This document shows, piece by piece, positions 10,459 through 20,227 of a stretch of DNA of 64,000 nucleotides. The DNA comes from a virus (lineage: Duplodnaviria; Caudoviricetes). The stretch lies in IMG/VR virus record IMGVR_UViG_3300028596_000001. One strand, given 5' to 3'. How positions within the stretch are numbered: position 1 is the first letter of the stretch; each line of letters begins with the position of its first letter. The translations under genes and the position numbers were made by a program. The notes beneath the pieces were generated by a model. The model saw only the letters and a program-made list of their open reading frames with translations, made no database searches and had not been told where the DNA came from.

Positions 10459-12513
10459 TTAGAACAGCGGGTTGAACACGTTGAACAGCTGACCTTGGTT
10501 GATCAGCGAGCCGTTCGAGCCAGCACCGGCGGTAGTTGCCAGACCGATACCTGGAGCGAACGCCAGGCGGTTGGTACGGAACGAACCGAGGTTGTTGGCG
10601 ACGTTCAGCTGGCCGATACCGTCCATAGCCTGAGCCATGGCAGCCATGAAGTCCGGCGCGAAGATCGCGGCGTTGCCGAAGCCGTTGATATGGTTGCGAC
10701 CGTCGAACAGGGACGAAGATTGCTCGATCCGCAGTTTCTGCGAACGTTGCTTGAAGTCTTCGTTCTGGCCGTTGCCGTAAACGATACCCATGTAGTTTTC
10801 GATCGCAGCTTTCGAAGCAACCGAGTTACCAGGCTTGGCGTTGCAGATGAACATTTCATCAACTTCCTGGGTGTTGATGTAACGCTCTTTGTCGTCCTTG
10901 CCACCAGGAGTGGTAGCCAGGCCGTTCACCACGATGGTGTTGGTACCGATCAGGATCGGTTTGCCAGGCACCCAGCCGCGCTTGTGTTCGGCGTTGTCGG
11001 CGATGATGGCCGAGAACTTGTTCTTCGACATGCTGTCGATCAGGGCAACAACAACCTTGACCGCCGCGGTGTTGTCCTGGGCCATCAGCTTGCGCATGAA
11101 GTTGATGATCGGAGCATCCGGACCGTTGGAGATCAGGTTGATCTTGAACACCGCGTGAGCCGACACGTTCTGCTGGATCCAGTTGGTAACGAAGTCGGTG
11201 TCGTTGATGTTCTTGTCGTTCAGAGGAGGACGCAGTGCAGGGTTCAGAGCGTTCTGAGCACCTGGCATGTTCTGCACCATCATCTGGATACGAGTTTCCA
11301 GACCGGCCAGCGAGCCACGGCCGCCAACGTGAGTCTTACGCAGTGCGTCGGCGAAGACGAACTGGTTGTTGGTGGTCATCAGCGCGTAGAGGCCGAAGAA
11401 GAACGGGTACAGACCGCCGTTGTTGTGCATCATCTCGCCAGCAGTAACCTGGTCGATGGTGATTTCAGGACGCAGCGGACGGTAGGTGCCCGGCCAGATC
11501 GAGCCCATGTTGAAGCTGTTGCCCATGAAGGCTTTCAGGTTCGACATGTAGTCACCGGACTGCGATTGCAGCAGCATTTGCTGCTGGTACTCTTCGTACG
11601 TCACACCGGTCAGGGAGACCGTGGCGGTGGCACGAGCGATTTCGCGGGTGGTGGTTGGGCTGTAGTTCTGGTTGTTGCCGTTGGCGTTCATGGTAGTGAC
11701 GATCACTTCCATGTTGGCTGGCGACAGGGTCTTGCCGTCGGTCACACGACCTGGGATTGCAACGACACGAGCTTCGGCGCAGTTGTCTTTGCCGTACGGG
11801 GTGTTCGGTTCCAGCCATGGGGACGGAATCGCGTAGCCGCGCTCAACGATCTTCTCGGCGCCGTATACCAGCAGCGCTTTTTCCCACTGACGAGCCAGGT
11901 ACATGGCGATGCTGTGCGGCCAGTCTTTCTGGTCACCCGATTCCGGATGGTTCAGCATTTCCATGTCGACGACGATCAGGTTGATGATCTCGACGTTGGA
12001 AACGTTCTGGACGGCAGCGGCGCGCTGGTAGTGCTCTTTCAGGCGATCAGCAAAACCTTTGTTGATCTGAGCGGCCGGGGTGATCGGGATCGATACACGC
12101 TGCTGCTGACCGACACCGGTGTTGATGGTGATGTGCTCGGTACCGATCGAGTTGTCACGGTTGGAGAACAGAGCGCCCATGACGTACATGGTCTGGTCGA
12201 TCACCGCGTACATGCCGAGACCTGGCAGCTGGCTCGAGATGTTCGAGGTCAGGTGTTCGATCTTCGGAACGATCTGACGCTGTTGGGCGTCAGTGGTGGA
12301 AGTTTGAATGTTCTTGTAAATCTGATCGTTGAGGACCTCGTAGACCTCAGCAACGATCTTCAGGTTACGGTTATCCGAAACCATGGAGTTCATGCGGAAC
12401 AGCGCGCCCAGGATGCCGCCGTCAGCAGGAGCCTGCGGTGCTGCGCTACCACCGGCGTTGTTGTCGCCGTTCCAGCCACCGAATTCCTGACCACCTTCTT
12501 TATTGAGAGACAT
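10459..12513 (-). CDS. chmA: Chimallin, major phage nuclear shell protein, about 684 aa
   Basis: Very strong highly-expressed codon bias, size, position directly upstream of nvRNAP beta' (phiKZ gp54-gp55 order), upstream early promoter and downstream terminator. Likely start MSLNKEGG at 12513 after AAGGAAAAAGAG. Confidence 0.85.
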   Translation of the reverse strand: MSLNKEGGQEFGGWNGDNNAGGSAAPQAPADGGILGALFRMNSMVSDNRNLKIVAEVYEVLNDQIYKNIQTSTTDAQQRQIVPKIEHLTSNISSQLPGLGMYAVIDQTMYVMGALFSNRDNSIGTEHITINTGVGQQQRVSIPITPAAQINKGFADRLKEHYQRAAAVQNVSNVEIINLIVVDMEMLNHPESGDQKDWPHSIAMYLARQWEKALLVYGAEKIVERGYAIPSPWLEPNTPYGKDNCAEARVVAIPGRVTDGKTLSPANMEVIVTTMNANGNNQNYSPTTTREIARATATVSLTGVTYEEYQQQMLLQSQSGDYMSNLKAFMGNSFNMGSIWPGTYRPLRPEITIDQVTAGEMMHNNGGLYPFFFGLYALMTTNNQFVFADALRKTHVGGRGSLAGLETRIQMMVQNMPGAQNALNPALRPPLNDKNINDTDFVTNWIQQNVSAHAVFKINLISNGPDAPIINFMRKLMAQDNTAAVKVVVALIDSMSKNKFSAIIADNAEHKRGWVPGKPILIGTNTIVVNGLATTPGGKDDKERYINTQEVDEMFICNAKPGNSVASKAAIENYMGIVYGNGQNEDFKQRSQKLRIEQSSSLFDGRNHINGFGNAAIFAPDFMAAMAQAMDGIGQLNVANNLGSFRTNRLAFAPGIGLATTAGAGSNGSLINQGQLFNVFNPLF

Positions 12514-12600
12514 ACTCTTTTTCCTTTTACTATCTTCGAAGTTAACTGCATCGCTAGCGGAATACCACATTGAAGATAATTCTTCTTTGTGATTCGTTAT

Positions 12601-12618
12601 AGTAATACAGGTTTGAAA
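12601..12618 (-). promoter_or_regulatory. Putative early promoter of chmA
   Basis: TTTCAAACCTGTATTACT; resembles the phiKZ early consensus (upstream T-rich box plus TATATTAC). Confidence 0.7.
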
Positions 12619-12760
12619 AATTCTTGCCTAGTCAAATGCTATAGGCAGAACCCCCAAATCTGCATCACCAAATTATGAAACTGCGTGGGAGTCCCTCCCG
12701 GAGTCGCCCCCAGGAGTGTAATTTTCTATAAGATAGAAATATCACTGAGAACTTACCGAC

Positions 12761-13855
12761 ATGCATACTCTGACATTTCCCACAGTGGGTAATTTCCAGT
12801 ACCCAATGAAATACTTCGCAGGTATGGAAAACCTGCGTCGCGTTACCGGCTTCAACGAAAGAGCCTTTCGAGCATACGTAGATCAGAACCCCTTCAACAT
12901 GGAGAACCAACACCTTCTGGTGGGTATCCTCCAGCAGCTAGCCATCGATCCAGAGTGGGATCTGGATTACGTGATTAGCTACACACGGTTCAGGTCGTAT
13001 AGCTTGGCAACCGTGTTTAAAATTAACTCGATCAATGGCGTGGGTGAAGTCATCACTGATGGTTTCTACCAAGAGGGCGCCACTGAACTGTGGGGATTGA
13101 TTGAGCACGATAAGTCTTATCCAATCTCCATTCGTCAGGAAGATCTGCGACCCATCGTACCAGTTTACTCCAATATACTGAAGCGTGGGTATAAACTTAC
13201 TGTAGAACGAGATCCTAACAGCCAGGCTAATAAAGGCAAGGTCGCCATCATTGGTTTGAACCTGGTGGAACTCGCCATCGGTTGGTGGATGTACATGCGT
13301 GAGGATCGGGATCGTGATACGGGGATCTCAGCTTACCTGTGCAAGTATCCTCTTTATTACGCTCAGCTTATACACAACCAAAGCGTGACTGTTAATATGT
13401 TGTACGAGTTCTTTGTTAAGGGTACTGCCCTCAAGGACATGTACAGCATGGAGCAAGTTAAGTTCACTACGCTTGGTGAAGACCGTCTATATAAGGAATG
13501 GTTTAACTTCCGGGTAGACTTCCTAACCAGTCGTAAGCTGGATGACATCGGCCACTTGATGGCTAGTGTGGATAACTTGTATCGTCGCAACTACTTTAAC
13601 TACGAGAGTGGTGGGCGGAACAAGCTGTTTGTTCAGACCCGTTGGCTGTGGGAGCCGAATGCTATCAAGTGGTACAGCATTTACTTCGCTATCTTCAACG
13701 CTCTAGGACACCCTGTGGGCGACGTTAAAGCTACGCTGCAACGTATCCTCCAAGTAGTGCACAGAAGCTTCGACAAGTGCCCTTCAACTCTATGTAGGGA
13801 TCATTTCAAAGGGATTTCCCTGGAACTGTCCCAGCTTGTATCTGAAAACAAATAA
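12761..13855 (+). CDS. Conserved core protein, probable virion component (divergent from chmA), 364 aa
   Basis: Long ORF on the opposite strand between DNA polymerase and chmA, as in relatives; converges on a 17-bp hairpin. Confidence 0.65.
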   Translation: MHTLTFPTVGNFQYPMKYFAGMENLRRVTGFNERAFRAYVDQNPFNMENQHLLVGILQQLAIDPEWDLDYVISYTRFRSYSLATVFKINSINGVGEVITDGFYQEGATELWGLIEHDKSYPISIRQEDLRPIVPVYSNILKRGYKLTVERDPNSQANKGKVAIIGLNLVELAIGWWMYMREDRDRDTGISAYLCKYPLYYAQLIHNQSVTVNMLYEFFVKGTALKDMYSMEQVKFTTLGEDRLYKEWFNFRVDFLTSRKLDDIGHLMASVDNLYRRNYFNYESGGRNKLFVQTRWLWEPNAIKWYSIYFAIFNALGHPVGDVKATLQRILQVVHRSFDKCPSTLCRDHFKGISLELSQLVSENK

Positions 13856-13870
13856 AAATGGTTTGAAACT

Positions 13871-13910
13871 ATAACTCCTCCTGTCCCCGTTAAGGGACAG
13901 GAGGAGTTAT
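13871..13910. terminator. Bidirectional terminator between convergent genes
   Basis: 17-bp perfect stem ATAACTCCTCCTGTCCC/GGGACAGGAGGAGTTAT. Confidence 0.8.
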
Positions 13911-13916
13911 TGACTA

Positions 13917-16031
13917 TCAGTGTTCGTCACTCACCAAACGAGTAACCTTGCTGTTAAGGATGTGTAACCCAAGCGACTCGAGAATCGCATAGATCGATTT
14001 GAAGTTCTGTTGGATCAGGAGACGAGTGTCTACGATCGGCAGAATCTCTTTTGGGATACCTCCCATGTCTTCGATCATATCCACCGGGATATAAACCGAA
14101 GTAAGTTTAGGGCGCGTAGTGATGTACTCTTCGAAGTTCTTGGCGAACGCCGGTTCCTTGTCACGGATCGAATCAAAGTAAGCCTTCATCTTGGTCTTGT
14201 TGTGCAATGCAAGGTTAACCTTGTACGCACGATACGGTAGCTCAGGTGCTGCTCCGTACAGAGTAGAGAAGACGTTCTCCCACAACTCGTGGTAATAGTA
14301 GATGGACGACTCAGGATTGGTGTAAGCGTTCTCAGCCTTGATACCGTTCTTGGTCAACCAGGTAAAACCACTGTTCTCGATATCGTGGAACAAAGCACGT
14401 TCGAGGTCGCCGATCTCTTTCAAGAGTACTGCTGGATCCAGCTGCTTCTTGTTGTAGATCGCGTCCAACACATCCCGCATGAGCTTGTTGGTGAACTCCC
14501 GTACTTTAAGTGCGATCTTCACACCCCGTAGGTGAACCCCTTTAAGCTCCAGCTTAGGCTTAGCGTGCAGGATACCTTCGAGCATCAGCTGCATTGCGTA
14601 ATAGTGTTTCGACATCGACGTAGTTACATACGAGCTGAACAGATACTCGTTCTTCATGTTCAAACGATTGAGGTATCGACGCGATACGTTCATGTTCTTA
14701 CTGAGACGAGCGTGCTGGTCTACGGCAATACAACGGATGAAGTACGTCAGTGCGGCGTTGAAGCAAATACCACCTTGTTCGTCATCCACATAATCGTTAA
14801 TGATCATGTCAACCGAGTAGATCATCGAGTCGGTGTCGGAGGTCAATACGTTTTCACGCACGATCTCTTTAACGCTGAAGATACCACTCGGCGGGATGTC
14901 TGCTTTCAAGAAGGCTTCAATGAACCGCGCCCACTTGATCTCGAGATCCACGTGATGCTTGTTGAGGAACGCCATCTGATCTTTGTCGGGCTTCTTACCC
15001 AACTTGGTGACGATCATGGTCTCGTAGTCAGAGTTAGCCGGCTTAATGCCGTCCTCTGCTTTGAAACCTTCTGGCATCTCGGGGAGTGCACACCAATCGT
15101 TGAAGAACCGCTGCATCAGTCCCCGGTTGGTGGTATACAGACCACGAAGGTCCATGGTGCAAAGCAAGATGGTCAGCTCGAGTGGTTTCAAGCCTTCCAG
15201 GAACATCCTGATGGCAGCCAAGCTGCTCGGGTTGTTCCAGTAATAACGAGCGCACCGTGTAACCATGTCCATGACTTGGTCAACAGTGGCATGAGCCATG
15301 TCGTACTCTTTGATAACTTCCTTGATCAGCTTACGGTTGGAATAAGCCAAAGTACTCAAGAAGAGTTCCATGGTCTTATCGAAACTGAGCAACAACCGGT
15401 TACCTGTAATCAGTCGTTCGTTGATCAGGTTAGCGGTGGAGGTTACGGCACGGCAGGTACTGGTCAGGGTAGTGTGACCAGACTTGTTGTACAGCGGCGT
15501 ACCAGAAGACGACATACCACCCGATTGGGCGTTGTTGAAGATCTTCAGAGCGTTCTGGATTTCATCGAACGCTTTAGCTGCTTCTAGGTCGTTAACTGCA
15601 ATGGCGTCTTTCTTCTTGCCTTTATACAGCCGACGGAACTCAATGAAGGTATCTGTACCGATTGCGTTAACCGATTGTTCATCGTCAGTGTGCTTGTATG
15701 CCACAAACGACGGAGAGAGGATCCAGTTATTCTGTTCTACTGTCTGGAAGAACTCTCGAGCTGGCATTACCGTATTAACACGGTCGCCATACTTGTTCTT
15801 TTTGAATACACCAAACTTCGCTTCTTTAAACCCGTTCTCGTTGGGGATAAAGATCTTTTCGCACAACTCCAATACATAGTCGTAGTCGTACCCGTAAAAC
15901 ACACTCAGGTACAATGCTGCCTGTACGTGGTACCCTTTGATGATATCACGATTGGGCTTATACTGTTTCGACAAGAAAGGTGACAGATGCACTTCCTTGG
16001 CTGGAGTAAGGTTGGTGACTTGGGCTGTCAT
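13917..16031 (-). CDS. Family B DNA polymerase, polymerase part of the split phiKZ-type enzyme (gp50-like), 704 aa
   Basis: Region III-like QNALKIFNNAQSG and catalytic TSDTDSM motif; no N-terminal 3'-5' exonuclease motifs. Confidence 0.88.
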   Translation of the reverse strand: MTAQVTNLTPAKEVHLSPFLSKQYKPNRDIIKGYHVQAALYLSVFYGYDYDYVLELCEKIFIPNENGFKEAKFGVFKKNKYGDRVNTVMPAREFFQTVEQNNWILSPSFVAYKHTDDEQSVNAIGTDTFIEFRRLYKGKKKDAIAVNDLEAAKAFDEIQNALKIFNNAQSGGMSSSGTPLYNKSGHTTLTSTCRAVTSTANLINERLITGNRLLLSFDKTMELFLSTLAYSNRKLIKEVIKEYDMAHATVDQVMDMVTRCARYYWNNPSSLAAIRMFLEGLKPLELTILLCTMDLRGLYTTNRGLMQRFFNDWCALPEMPEGFKAEDGIKPANSDYETMIVTKLGKKPDKDQMAFLNKHHVDLEIKWARFIEAFLKADIPPSGIFSVKEIVRENVLTSDTDSMIYSVDMIINDYVDDEQGGICFNAALTYFIRCIAVDQHARLSKNMNVSRRYLNRLNMKNEYLFSSYVTTSMSKHYYAMQLMLEGILHAKPKLELKGVHLRGVKIALKVREFTNKLMRDVLDAIYNKKQLDPAVLLKEIGDLERALFHDIENSGFTWLTKNGIKAENAYTNPESSIYYYHELWENVFSTLYGAAPELPYRAYKVNLALHNKTKMKAYFDSIRDKEPAFAKNFEEYITTRPKLTSVYIPVDMIEDMGGIPKEILPIVDTRLLIQQNFKSIYAILESLGLHILNSKVTRLVSDEH

Positions 16032-16093
16032 TAGGGATGACCTGTTGGAAATACTTAAAAAGGATAACGAGAAAGTACAAAAAATAAAAAGAG

Positions 16094-16131
16094 CTTTACC
16101 AAGCCCCTAACTAATAGGAGGCTTGGTAAAG
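16094..16131 (-). terminator. Intrinsic terminator
   Basis: CTTTACCAAGCC/GGCTTGGTAAAG stem plus T tract. Confidence 0.75.
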
Positions 16132-16141
16132 AGATACAGGG

Positions 16142-16570
16142 TCAGTCGTTTTCGAACGTGTTGATCGTCCAGCTAACGCCCAAGCCAGCAGCGAAGGTTT
16201 CCCATGGAGCACGGAACTCTTCACGCCAGTTAGTCACGTTGATCATTGCCCGGCGCGATTGCACGTACTGGAAGGAGCTGGCGAGGATCCACGGGATACC
16301 GATTACTTCCAGTTGCCCGTTGTTGTTAATGATACCGATGTACCCGTAGGCGGTCGGATCGTTAACTTGGTTTACAGCGTCACGGAAATACGGGAACAGC
16401 GCCTGGTGTTTGACGTTCAGCTCGGGGTCAATGGCCTTGGCCATGATGTAGTTCATGTCCCCTTCCACTTTCACCTGGGTCTTGCCATCCCCGATAAGTC
16501 CGTTACGTACAAATTGAAAGCTGATTACATCCCCTTTCTTGGGGCTAATGTCTGGCATGGTATTCTCCAA
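16142..16570 (-). CDS. Hypothetical protein, 142 aa
   Basis: ORF in a tightly packed operon between PhuZ and DNA polymerase; followed by a terminator. Confidence 0.7.
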   Translation of the reverse strand: MENTMPDISPKKGDVISFQFVRNGLIGDGKTQVKVEGDMNYIMAKAIDPELNVKHQALFPYFRDAVNQVNDPTAYGYIGIINNNGQLEVIGIPWILASSFQYVQSRRAMINVTNWREEFRAPWETFAAGLGVSWTINTFEND

Positions 16571-16887
16571 TCGACTTCGATCAAGATTAGCGGAAGCTTC
16601 AAAAGATGGTCGCCGTACCGGGTTACAATACCAGGTCCTCTAGTAATGGTGTATTCCGTTACTTCTTCAAGACTTTGTAGGTCTTGCATGAGGATTTCAA
16701 CAAAGTCTGCATCGAAGCTGGACTCGACGTTTTCGTTGTCGAACTCCATCATTCTTGCAAACTCAGTGGTGATATGCGCTTGGACTCGCTCGAACTCCAA
16801 GAAGCTGAGGTCGTCCTGTTCACCTGCTTGACAGATCAGGTATTGGGTCAGCGCATCGTAATCAATGTGAAGGATACGCTTGAACAT
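16525..16887 (-). CDS. Hypothetical acidic protein, 120 aa
   Basis: ORF in the same overlapping operon. Confidence 0.6.
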   Translation of the reverse strand: MFKRILHIDYDALTQYLICQAGEQDDLSFLEFERVQAHITTEFARMMEFDNENVESSFDADFVEILMQDLQSLEEVTEYTITRGPGIVTRYGDHLLKLPLILIEVDWRIPCQTLAPRKGM

Positions 16888-16892
16888 GCGCG

Positions 16893-17210
16893 TTATTCCA
16901 TATAAAAGAAGACGAAGACTGCGGAGTTAGCATGGAAAGTCAAGTTTTCCAGGTACACCGCCCCGTGGTGCAATACAGAAGATTGCAACAACTGCATGGT
17001 CGCCATGTAATCCCGCGTCAGAATCTTGTTGCATTCTTCGATCGGGTGGGTGAAACCTTGGGGGTTAGCCTCAAACGGAATGAGACTAGCCTTTACTCCT
17101 ACCGCTTCCAGCAACGCCTTGTACGCACCGCCCAACTCTTCCAGGTTGGTGTTAGGTGGGATCTGGATGTTGTGGGTAAAGACCTTCTTTTCTGGTTGTG
17201 GTTGGGTCAC
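16893..17210 (-). CDS. Hypothetical protein, 105 aa
   Basis: ORF with a GGAG RBS; 4-nt overlap with the upstream gene. Confidence 0.65.
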   Translation of the reverse strand: MTQPQPEKKVFTHNIQIPPNTNLEELGGAYKALLEAVGVKASLIPFEANPQGFTHPIEECNKILTRDYMATMQLLQSSVLHHGAVYLENLTFHANSAVFVFFYME

Positions 17211-17587
17211 GGAATGTACTCCAGGACGATCGAATAGGGTTTGATACTAATTCCGATAATCGCACGATCTTCTTGCGAATCATGCACGGAAGTGGCAATA
17301 GGTATTAATAGTGGTAAAACTTCAACGACGAACATCTGCTTAGTAAGCTCATCAAGCTCCATCAGCAGTATGGTATCCTTGGTTAGCTCTTCGTGCACAT
17401 CGTGCTCGTTAGCCAGCCAGATCTTTACTAGGAACGTCAGCAAGGTGATTGTCTCACTCTCGCTTACACCATACTTGTGAAAAACAGATTGAACCATCCC
17501 CAGAGGAACAGTTGCTACTTCAGTCTTCAAAGTAAAGCTCCTCAATAGGGGGTTCATCTCTGGGCACCAAGAAATCTCTTTCATCAA
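17207..17587 (-). CDS. Hypothetical protein, up to 126 aa
   Basis: ORF in the operon; start uncertain. Confidence 0.6.
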   Translation of the reverse strand: MMKEISWCPEMNPLLRSFTLKTEVATVPLGMVQSVFHKYGVSESETITLLTFLVKIWLANEHDVHEELTKDTILLMELDELTKQMFVVEVLPLLIPIATSVHDSQEDRAIIGISIKPYSIVLEYIP

Positions 17588-17990
17588 TGCCCACTAGAAC
17601 GTTCATATTTGGCATCAGCTTGTAGCCACACCGATACTCGAATGCGGTTTTCGGTATGAGGCAAATCAGCTGGTTGAACAAGTAAACTTTACCATCGTGA
17701 ATGATGTCATCTGCATCATCATTCAGCAGGTTCTTACGAAACAGGTTCCAGTCGTAATGACGGGTATCAAAACGCACACCTTCTGGAGCGAACTTGAAAG
17801 TTTCTTCGATGGTTGCTTCCCAAAGACCTAGCGCCAATTCATTCCAGCGGCTAGGAGGAAGATTGCCGACTATGAGGTTAGCCGTTTCTTCTCTGATCTT
17901 TTCGTACAAAACACGGGCGTCGATCTGACAATAGCGGAGATCTAATCCCAGACCCATTATTAGATGATTTGTTGAACTCATTGATTTCAT
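17520..17990 (-). CDS. Hypothetical protein, up to 156 aa
   Basis: ORF in the operon; the real start may be MGLGLDL near 17957. Confidence 0.6.
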   Translation of the reverse strand: MKSMSSTNHLIMGLGLDLRYCQIDARVLYEKIREETANLIVGNLPPSRWNELALGLWEATIEETFKFAPEGVRFDTRHYDWNLFRKNLLNDDADDIIHDGKVYLFNQLICLIPKTAFEYRCGYKLMPNMNVLVGIDERDFLVPRDEPPIEELYFED

Positions 17991-18423
17991 CCATACTTGG
18001 TGTATCAGTAATGACGTCCATGATGGATTCCTTTTCAGCTGGTGTGGGGTTCATCTCCCAACCCAGCTTAGTAGCTGTTGCTTCCAGATCCATAGTGAGT
18101 GTCGCCGTAACATATGCCAAGCCTACTTCTTTATGCTCGAGCTTAACGACTACACGAGGATCCCAACCGGCTGCTTTAAGGATCCGCTGGATCTTAGCAA
18201 CGTAGCTGATGAAGACTTTATCCGGAGCTACCATACCAAAGTTATCTTCTGCATAGCAGTAGATATTGTCTTCGATAGTTTCCCGGACTTCTTTATCGGT
18301 GGTGTTAACGTAATCAACTGCAGCCTTGATAAACCCTCTGGCAATCTCCAGTCGTACAACCAGAGGCTGAGAACTCTCTAATATGAAATCATTAGCGAGC
18401 GCCATTATGTCGATGGTAACCAC
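17878..18423 (-). CDS. Hypothetical protein, 181 aa
   Basis: GTG start after a GGGGA RBS. Confidence 0.65.
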   Translation of the reverse strand: MVTIDIMALANDFILESSQPLVVRLEIARGFIKAAVDYVNTTDKEVRETIEDNIYCYAEDNFGMVAPDKVFISYVAKIQRILKAAGWDPRVVVKLEHKEVGLAYVTATLTMDLEATATKLGWEMNPTPAEKESIMDVITDTPSMDEINEFNKSSNNGSGIRSPLLSDRRPCFVRKDQRRNG

Positions 18424-18435
18424 AGTATTCCCCAG

Positions 18436-18732
18436 TCAGTAATCAAACGCGATTAATAGATGAACTCGTTCTTTACCTGATGCGGTGATAGTCACGTAAG
18501 CATCCCGAGGGATACCTGTAAGCTTGGCAACTATCTGTTCACGGACCCCTTCGAAGTCGTGCCCATGCATGCGGTGATAAATACGTTGTTCGTTGAAGTT
18601 AGTAAACCCTTCGTCCATTAAAACAGAAATAACGTCAGTAACGTCTATTTTCCGTTCTAAGAGCTTTTTACCGTCACCAATAGGGCGACCTAGGGTAAAC
18701 TGCCTTAAATCAATAGAGAAGCTTCTAGGCAC
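18436..18732 (-). CDS. Hypothetical protein, 98 aa
   Basis: GTG start after GAAGGGG; first gene of the operon. Confidence 0.6.
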   Translation of the reverse strand: MPRSFSIDLRQFTLGRPIGDGKKLLERKIDVTDVISVLMDEGFTNFNEQRIYHRMHGHDFEGVREQIVAKLTGIPRDAYVTITASGKERVHLLIAFDY

Positions 18733-18799
18733 CTTCTAGACCCCTTCGTTAAACATAGTATCACAATATGATTGGAAACCAGTGAAAAACAACTATAAC

Positions 18800-18833
18800 C
18801 CTAAGGGTAGGAGCTAGCGCTCCTACCCTTAGG
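18800..18833 (-). terminator. Intrinsic terminator after phuZ
   Basis: 15-bp perfect stem CCTAAGGGTAGGAGC/GCTCCTACCCTTAGG. Confidence 0.8.
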
Positions 18834-18847
18834 TACAGTCACAGCTG

Positions 18848-19849
18848 TTACAGCAGAACGCCGTTAGCGTCGGCACCAGCGCTCATGTCTTTCTGAGGGA
18901 CATACACGCCCTGGTTGATCGACTTGCGCTTGGTCAGCTCATCCAGTTGCTCTTGCAGTTTGGCGGTGGTTTCACCGTGGTCGAACAGCATGTGCAGTTG
19001 GGTGATCTCGCCTGGCAGGACGGTGTTCTTGGCGAAGACGCCAGTGGAACGCACCACCGCACCTGGGAAGGTAGCGCTGATGTTGTCCTTGTTGTCGAAC
19101 AGGCTGACGGTAGCAACCGGGGTGGCAGCTTTGTACTTGGTCGGATCATCGTAGAACGAGATGTGCGACAGGACCGGAGGAACACCGTAGAACTTGGAGC
19201 AGTTCAGGATGTTGGCCAGGTCGCTGATATCTTGCTCGTCGTTGTCCTGGCTGGCGAACAGGGAGAACAGGGAGATCTTGTTGATGACCTCTTTGTCGAT
19301 TTGACCGCGAGTCTTCTCTGGAATGTTGCGGAACTCCATGTAACCGATGGTGGAGTTCAGGTAGTTCGGCTGAGCCTGGATCGCCATCGACTGTACGGTA
19401 CGGATGGAGTTTTCCATTTCGACCTGAGTGGTGTGGTCGGTGATGATTGCCAGTACCACCGAATGGCCGTTCTGCTTCAGCCAGCGGACAACCAGGGTAG
19501 CCAGCATGGAGCCCGAACCACCGGCGCCGGAGCAGACCACGACGTTGAAGACGCCAGGGGTGTACTTGTTCATGACGCGTTCAACGAACGGCTGAGCTTC
19601 AGCGTAGTTGGTCGACTTGACCTTACCGGAACCCTGGGCCAGTTGTTGTGGATTGCCGGACGCAGGAACACGTTCCAGAGGGATACCCAGTTCTTCGGGC
19701 AGACGGTTGTTGCCGGACGCATCGAGAGCGACGTAGGAAGCGTTCTTCACGCGATCAGAAGGGCTGCTGGTCTTCAGCAGTTTGGCGATGTTGATACCAG
19801 CGCCGCCACAGACGATGAAGTTCAGTTCTTGCTTAGCAGTCATATCCAT
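18848..19849 (-). CDS. phuZ: PhuZ phage tubulin/FtsZ-family spindle protein, 333 aa
   Basis: Tubulin/FtsZ motifs CGGAGINI, GSGK and SGAGGSGS; C-terminal DANGVLL tail like PhuZ; early promoter upstream, terminator downstream. Confidence 0.93.
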   Translation of the reverse strand: MDMTAKQELNFIVCGGAGINIAKLLKTSSPSDRVKNASYVALDASGNNRLPEELGIPLERVPASGNPQQLAQGSGKVKSTNYAEAQPFVERVMNKYTPGVFNVVVCSGAGGSGSMLATLVVRWLKQNGHSVVLAIITDHTTQVEMENSIRTVQSMAIQAQPNYLNSTIGYMEFRNIPEKTRGQIDKEVINKISLFSLFASQDNDEQDISDLANILNCSKFYGVPPVLSHISFYDDPTKYKAATPVATVSLFDNKDNISATFPGAVVRSTGVFAKNTVLPGEITQLHMLFDHGETTAKLQEQLDELTKRKSINQGVYVPQKDMSAGADANGVLL

Positions 19850-19914
19850 ACTCTCTTCTACAATTGGTATTACGAAACTGTGGTGAGCAAATCATTTGTG
19901 ATCTACTACGCCTA

Positions 19915-19932
19915 AGTAATATAGTTCCAAAA
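19915..19932 (-). promoter_or_regulatory. Putative early promoter of phuZ
   Basis: TTTTGGAACTATATTACT. Confidence 0.7.
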
Positions 19933-19986
19933 AGTTATTGGGCTACATAACTTGGGCTCTTAGTGAAAATGCAAAAAAGAAAAGAC

Positions 19987-20020
19987 CCTACCTTATCCCC
20001 TATTAAAGGAATAAGGTAGG
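19987..20020 (-). terminator. Terminator closing the RNA cluster
   Basis: CCTACCTTAT/ATAAGGTAGG stem followed by TCTTTTCTTTTTT on the minus strand. Confidence 0.75.
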
Positions 20021-20027
20021 CACCAAG

Positions 20028-20130
20028 TGGTGTCGGTAAAAGCATGAGTACCAAAGACCGACACCAAGATAGGAACCCCCTTCCCTGATGAATTAAGCCG
20101 AACCCTAAAACGACTAAGTTCGGTCTTCAG
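20028..20130 (-). ncRNA. Two-hairpin structured module at the 3' end of the RNA cluster
   Basis: 10-bp perfect stem TGGTGTCGGT/ACCGACACCA (about 20028-20066) and stem GCCGAAC/GTTCGGT (about 20097-20124), just before the terminator. Confidence 0.35.
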
Positions 20131-20227
20131 TATAACATGTTTCCATAGTTGCAAAAAAATAAAGAATAGGCCCCACCCAATACTCCTAGACCAACTGTCA
20201 ATGACGGCTGGGATCAGAGTATTAGAT

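Noticed and set aside
10495-12573. Long antisense ORFs (e.g. 207-1292, 10495-12573, 29918-31633, 31536-34286, 35192-38350, 48802-50262, 52688-54784, 57925-60180)
   Set aside because: They mirror real genes with strong codon bias, lack an RBS and give atypical protein composition; they are shadow frames.
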